Below the pieces are notes generated by a model. The model saw only the letters and a list, made by a program, of their open reading frames with translations. It did no database searches and had not been told where the DNA came from. Made by a program: the position numbers and the translations under genes. Shown here one piece after another: positions 4,401 through 5,603 of a DNA stretch of 5,603 nt. The first letter of the stretch is position 1. The number at the start of each line of letters is the position of its first letter. This stretch comes from a virus: positions 1-5,603 of the IMG/VR virus record IMGVR_UViG_3300045988_013077. One strand, written 5' to 3'.

Positions 4401-4643
4401 ATGATTCACAATTACTACGGCATCTACGACAGCGTAGCAAAGAGCTACTGCTACATTGGTGAAAGCAAGAGCAACGAAACCTTCGCACGAATGTGCGAAA
4501 TTATGGCAAAAGACGATAAAACGTTCCTTGGACAGAGTCCCGAAGACTACAAAGGGTACCACATCGCAAACTTCGACGATGAAACCGGCACATTTAAGAG
4601 CATCGAGCCGGATAAGGTATGGGAGGGCAAACCGCATGATTAA
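4401..4643 (+). CDS. VP5: Conserved microvirus non-structural protein, VP5/ORF5-like (proposed gpC analogue), 80 aa.
   Basis: AAGGAG (4388-4393) lies 7 nt before the ATG. The pattern YGIYDSVAKSY...ARM...PEDYKGYHIANFDDETGTF resembles the remembered IYDSKA..Y...PEDY.L..IG.FDD.TG.F signature of gokushovirus VP5. The position immediately upstream of VP3 matches gokushovirus synteny. Confidence 0.6.
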   Translation: MIHNYYGIYDSVAKSYCYIGESKSNETFARMCEIMAKDDKTFLGQSPEDYKGYHIANFDDETGTFKSIEPDKVWEGKPHD

Positions 4644-5031
4644 ACGATACGAGGAAGGGCGCAAGCCCTTCTTTTCAAATCCAGGCGAAAAACTGCGAAA
4701 GCAATACGTCTGGAGCAAAGACGAAAAAGGCAACAAAAAACTAATCGAGACTGAACCGATTGACATTCAGGCAGAAATCGAAAGCTATGCAGACGAATGC
4801 GACATTAAAAACATCGTCCGCAAAGCAAGTTTCGACCCACAGTTTGCCAAAAGTCTGGCAGACAGCGCAAAAACAGACGAAATTATGGACATCACGGAAT
4901 GGCCTACGAACATTCACGAGTATCACGCCATGATGGCAACAGCACAGACCAAGGCAATGGAACTGCAGCAGATGCAAGAAAAGGCCGCAAACGATACAAA
5001 GAAGAAAGAGGAAGGCAATGAACCGGAATAA
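4636..5031 (+). CDS. VP3: Internal scaffolding protein (gokushovirus VP3-like), 131 aa. The start is reassigned from the track's TTG at 4456 to the ATG at 4636.
   Basis: GGGAGGG (4621-4627) lies 8 nt before ATG 4636, which overlaps the upstream stop (ATGATTAA). DIQAEIESYADECDIKNIVRKASFDP resembles the conserved VP3 core, and the tail is acidic/Lys-rich. It ends 14 nt inside VP1, the usual VP3-VP1 arrangement. Confidence 0.78.
   Translation: MIKRYEEGRKPFFSNPGEKLRKQYVWSKDEKGNKKLIETEPIDIQAEIESYADECDIKNIVRKASFDPQFAKSLADSAKTDEIMDITEWPTNIHEYHAMMATAQTKAMELQQMQEKAANDTKKKEEGNEPE
4654..4680 (+). terminator. Intragenic GC hairpin with a GCAA (GNRA) tetraloop and a TTTTCAAAT tail, in codons 7-15 of VP3. 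An attenuator candidate.
   Basis: gaagggc (4654-4660) / gcaa / gcccttc (4665-4671), then ttttcaaat. The same 9-mer tail follows the 1161 hairpin. Confidence 0.4.
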
Positions 5032-5603
5032 TGAAAGACACTTTAACAGTGTACCACAGACACATGTAAGTCGAACACGATTCAAACGAGACCAGAACAT
5101 TCTCACGACTTTTAACGCAGGCAAACTGATTCCGTTTTACGTTGATGAAGTTTTACCAGGCGACACATTCAGCGTGGATACAGCGGCAATTATCCGAATG
5201 ACAACACCGAAATATCCAGTAATGGACGATGCTTACATCGATTTCTATTACTTCTTCTGTCCAAACCGGATTTTGTGGGACAATTTCAAACGGTTCATGG
5301 GTGAAGCAGACGATGCACCGTGGATGCCGACAAAAACGTACACAGTACCACAAATCATAATCGGAAACAAAAGTGTATGGCCTAAACCGGACAGAGCATA
5401 CCCAGACGAAAACTCAATTTTGGACTATATGGGAATCCCAGCAAAAAGCATCAAAACAAACACAGAAGCAGAATACAGTATCAATGCACTACCAATCAGA
5501 GCTTATGTGAAAATCTGGAACGAATTTTTTAGAGATCAAAACGTAGGAAACCCGGCAACACTGAACACAGGAGATGAAAATATAGAATACGCATCAGGCG
5601 GAG
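5018..5603 (+). CDS. VP1: Major capsid protein (Microviridae VP1 / F-type jelly-roll), N-terminal part. It is open at the window end and continues at base 56 (equivalently base 1 after removing the duplicate 55 nt). The full protein is 559 aa.
   Basis: ATG at 5018 follows GAGG (5008-5011) with a 6-nt spacer. My hand translation has no stop to the window end: MNRNNERHFNSVPQTHVSRTRFKRDQNILTTFNAGKLIPFYVDEVLPGDTFSVD...DFYYFFCPNRILWDNFKRF...LPIRAYVKIWNEFFRDQNV. The G.LIP...EVLPGD, FF.PNR..W.N and RAY..IWNE.FRDQN blocks are hallmark microvirus capsid motifs. The ORF is absent from the supplied track because it has no stop inside the window. Confidence 0.9.
   Translation, partial: MNRNNERHFNSVPQTHVSRTRFKRDQNILTTFNAGKLIPFYVDEVLPGDTFSVDTAAIIRMTTPKYPVMDDAYIDFYYFFCPNRILWDNFKRFMGEADDAPWMPTKTYTVPQIIIGNKSVWPKPDRAYPDENSILDYMGIPAKSIKTNTEAEYSINALPIRAYVKIWNEFFRDQNVGNPATLNTGDENIEYASGG
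5549..5603. repeat. Terminal redundancy, copy 2 (identical to 1-55).
   Basis: Same 55-mer as at the window start. Confidence 0.95.

Noticed and set aside
4456-4635. The N-terminal 60-codon extension of the VP3 frame in the track ORF 4456..5031.
   Set aside because: Position 4456 is a TTG with no SD, and the extension lies wholly inside the VP5-like gene. ATG 4636 has a strong GGGAGGG SD and an ATGA-type junction with the upstream stop, and the VP3-like similarity begins there.
4194-4766. A long antisense ORF (190 aa, - strand), together with the other - strand ORFs in the track (71..397, 637..1068, 1046..1507, 3630..3998, 4741..5124 and others), many of which look hydrophobic or membrane-like.
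   Set aside because: They lie entirely antisense to well-supported + strand genes, and this one spans four of them. They lack ribosome-binding sites. Their Phe/Leu/Cys-rich composition is what the complement of an A-rich coding strand produces. Microviridae are known to express genes from one strand only.

Overview
The window is one complete, circularly permuted genome of a small ssDNA phage of the family Microviridae, with gokushovirus-like gene content. Bases 1-55 are identical to 5549-5603, so the unit length is 5548 nt. All credible genes lie on the + strand. In order they are the major capsid protein VP1 (split by the linearisation: 5018..5603 continues into 1..1149, 559 aa in total), the pilot/minor capsid protein VP2, the HUH rolling-circle Rep VP4, a 472-nt non-coding region, a Zn peptidase M15-type cell-wall hydrolase, two small charged ORFans, a 39-aa basic J/ORF8-like DNA-packaging protein, a VP5-like protein, and the internal scaffold VP3, which runs into VP1. 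Three things stand out. First, an endolysin-like gene sits behind a near-consensus promoter, with no holin or signal peptide visible. Second, the intergenic region is dense and modular: a terminator hairpin, alternating purine-pyrimidine GC tracts, a (TAG)5 run, perfect palindromes, nine GTTGAAAAC iteron-like repeats in two helically phased clusters, and a nested GC hairpin. Third, several GC hairpin plus T-tract elements sit at gene boundaries or inside the 5' ends of the rep and scaffold genes, and one of them separates the VP2 Shine-Dalgarno from its start codon. Functional calls rest on motifs I recognise by eye. No database search was run.
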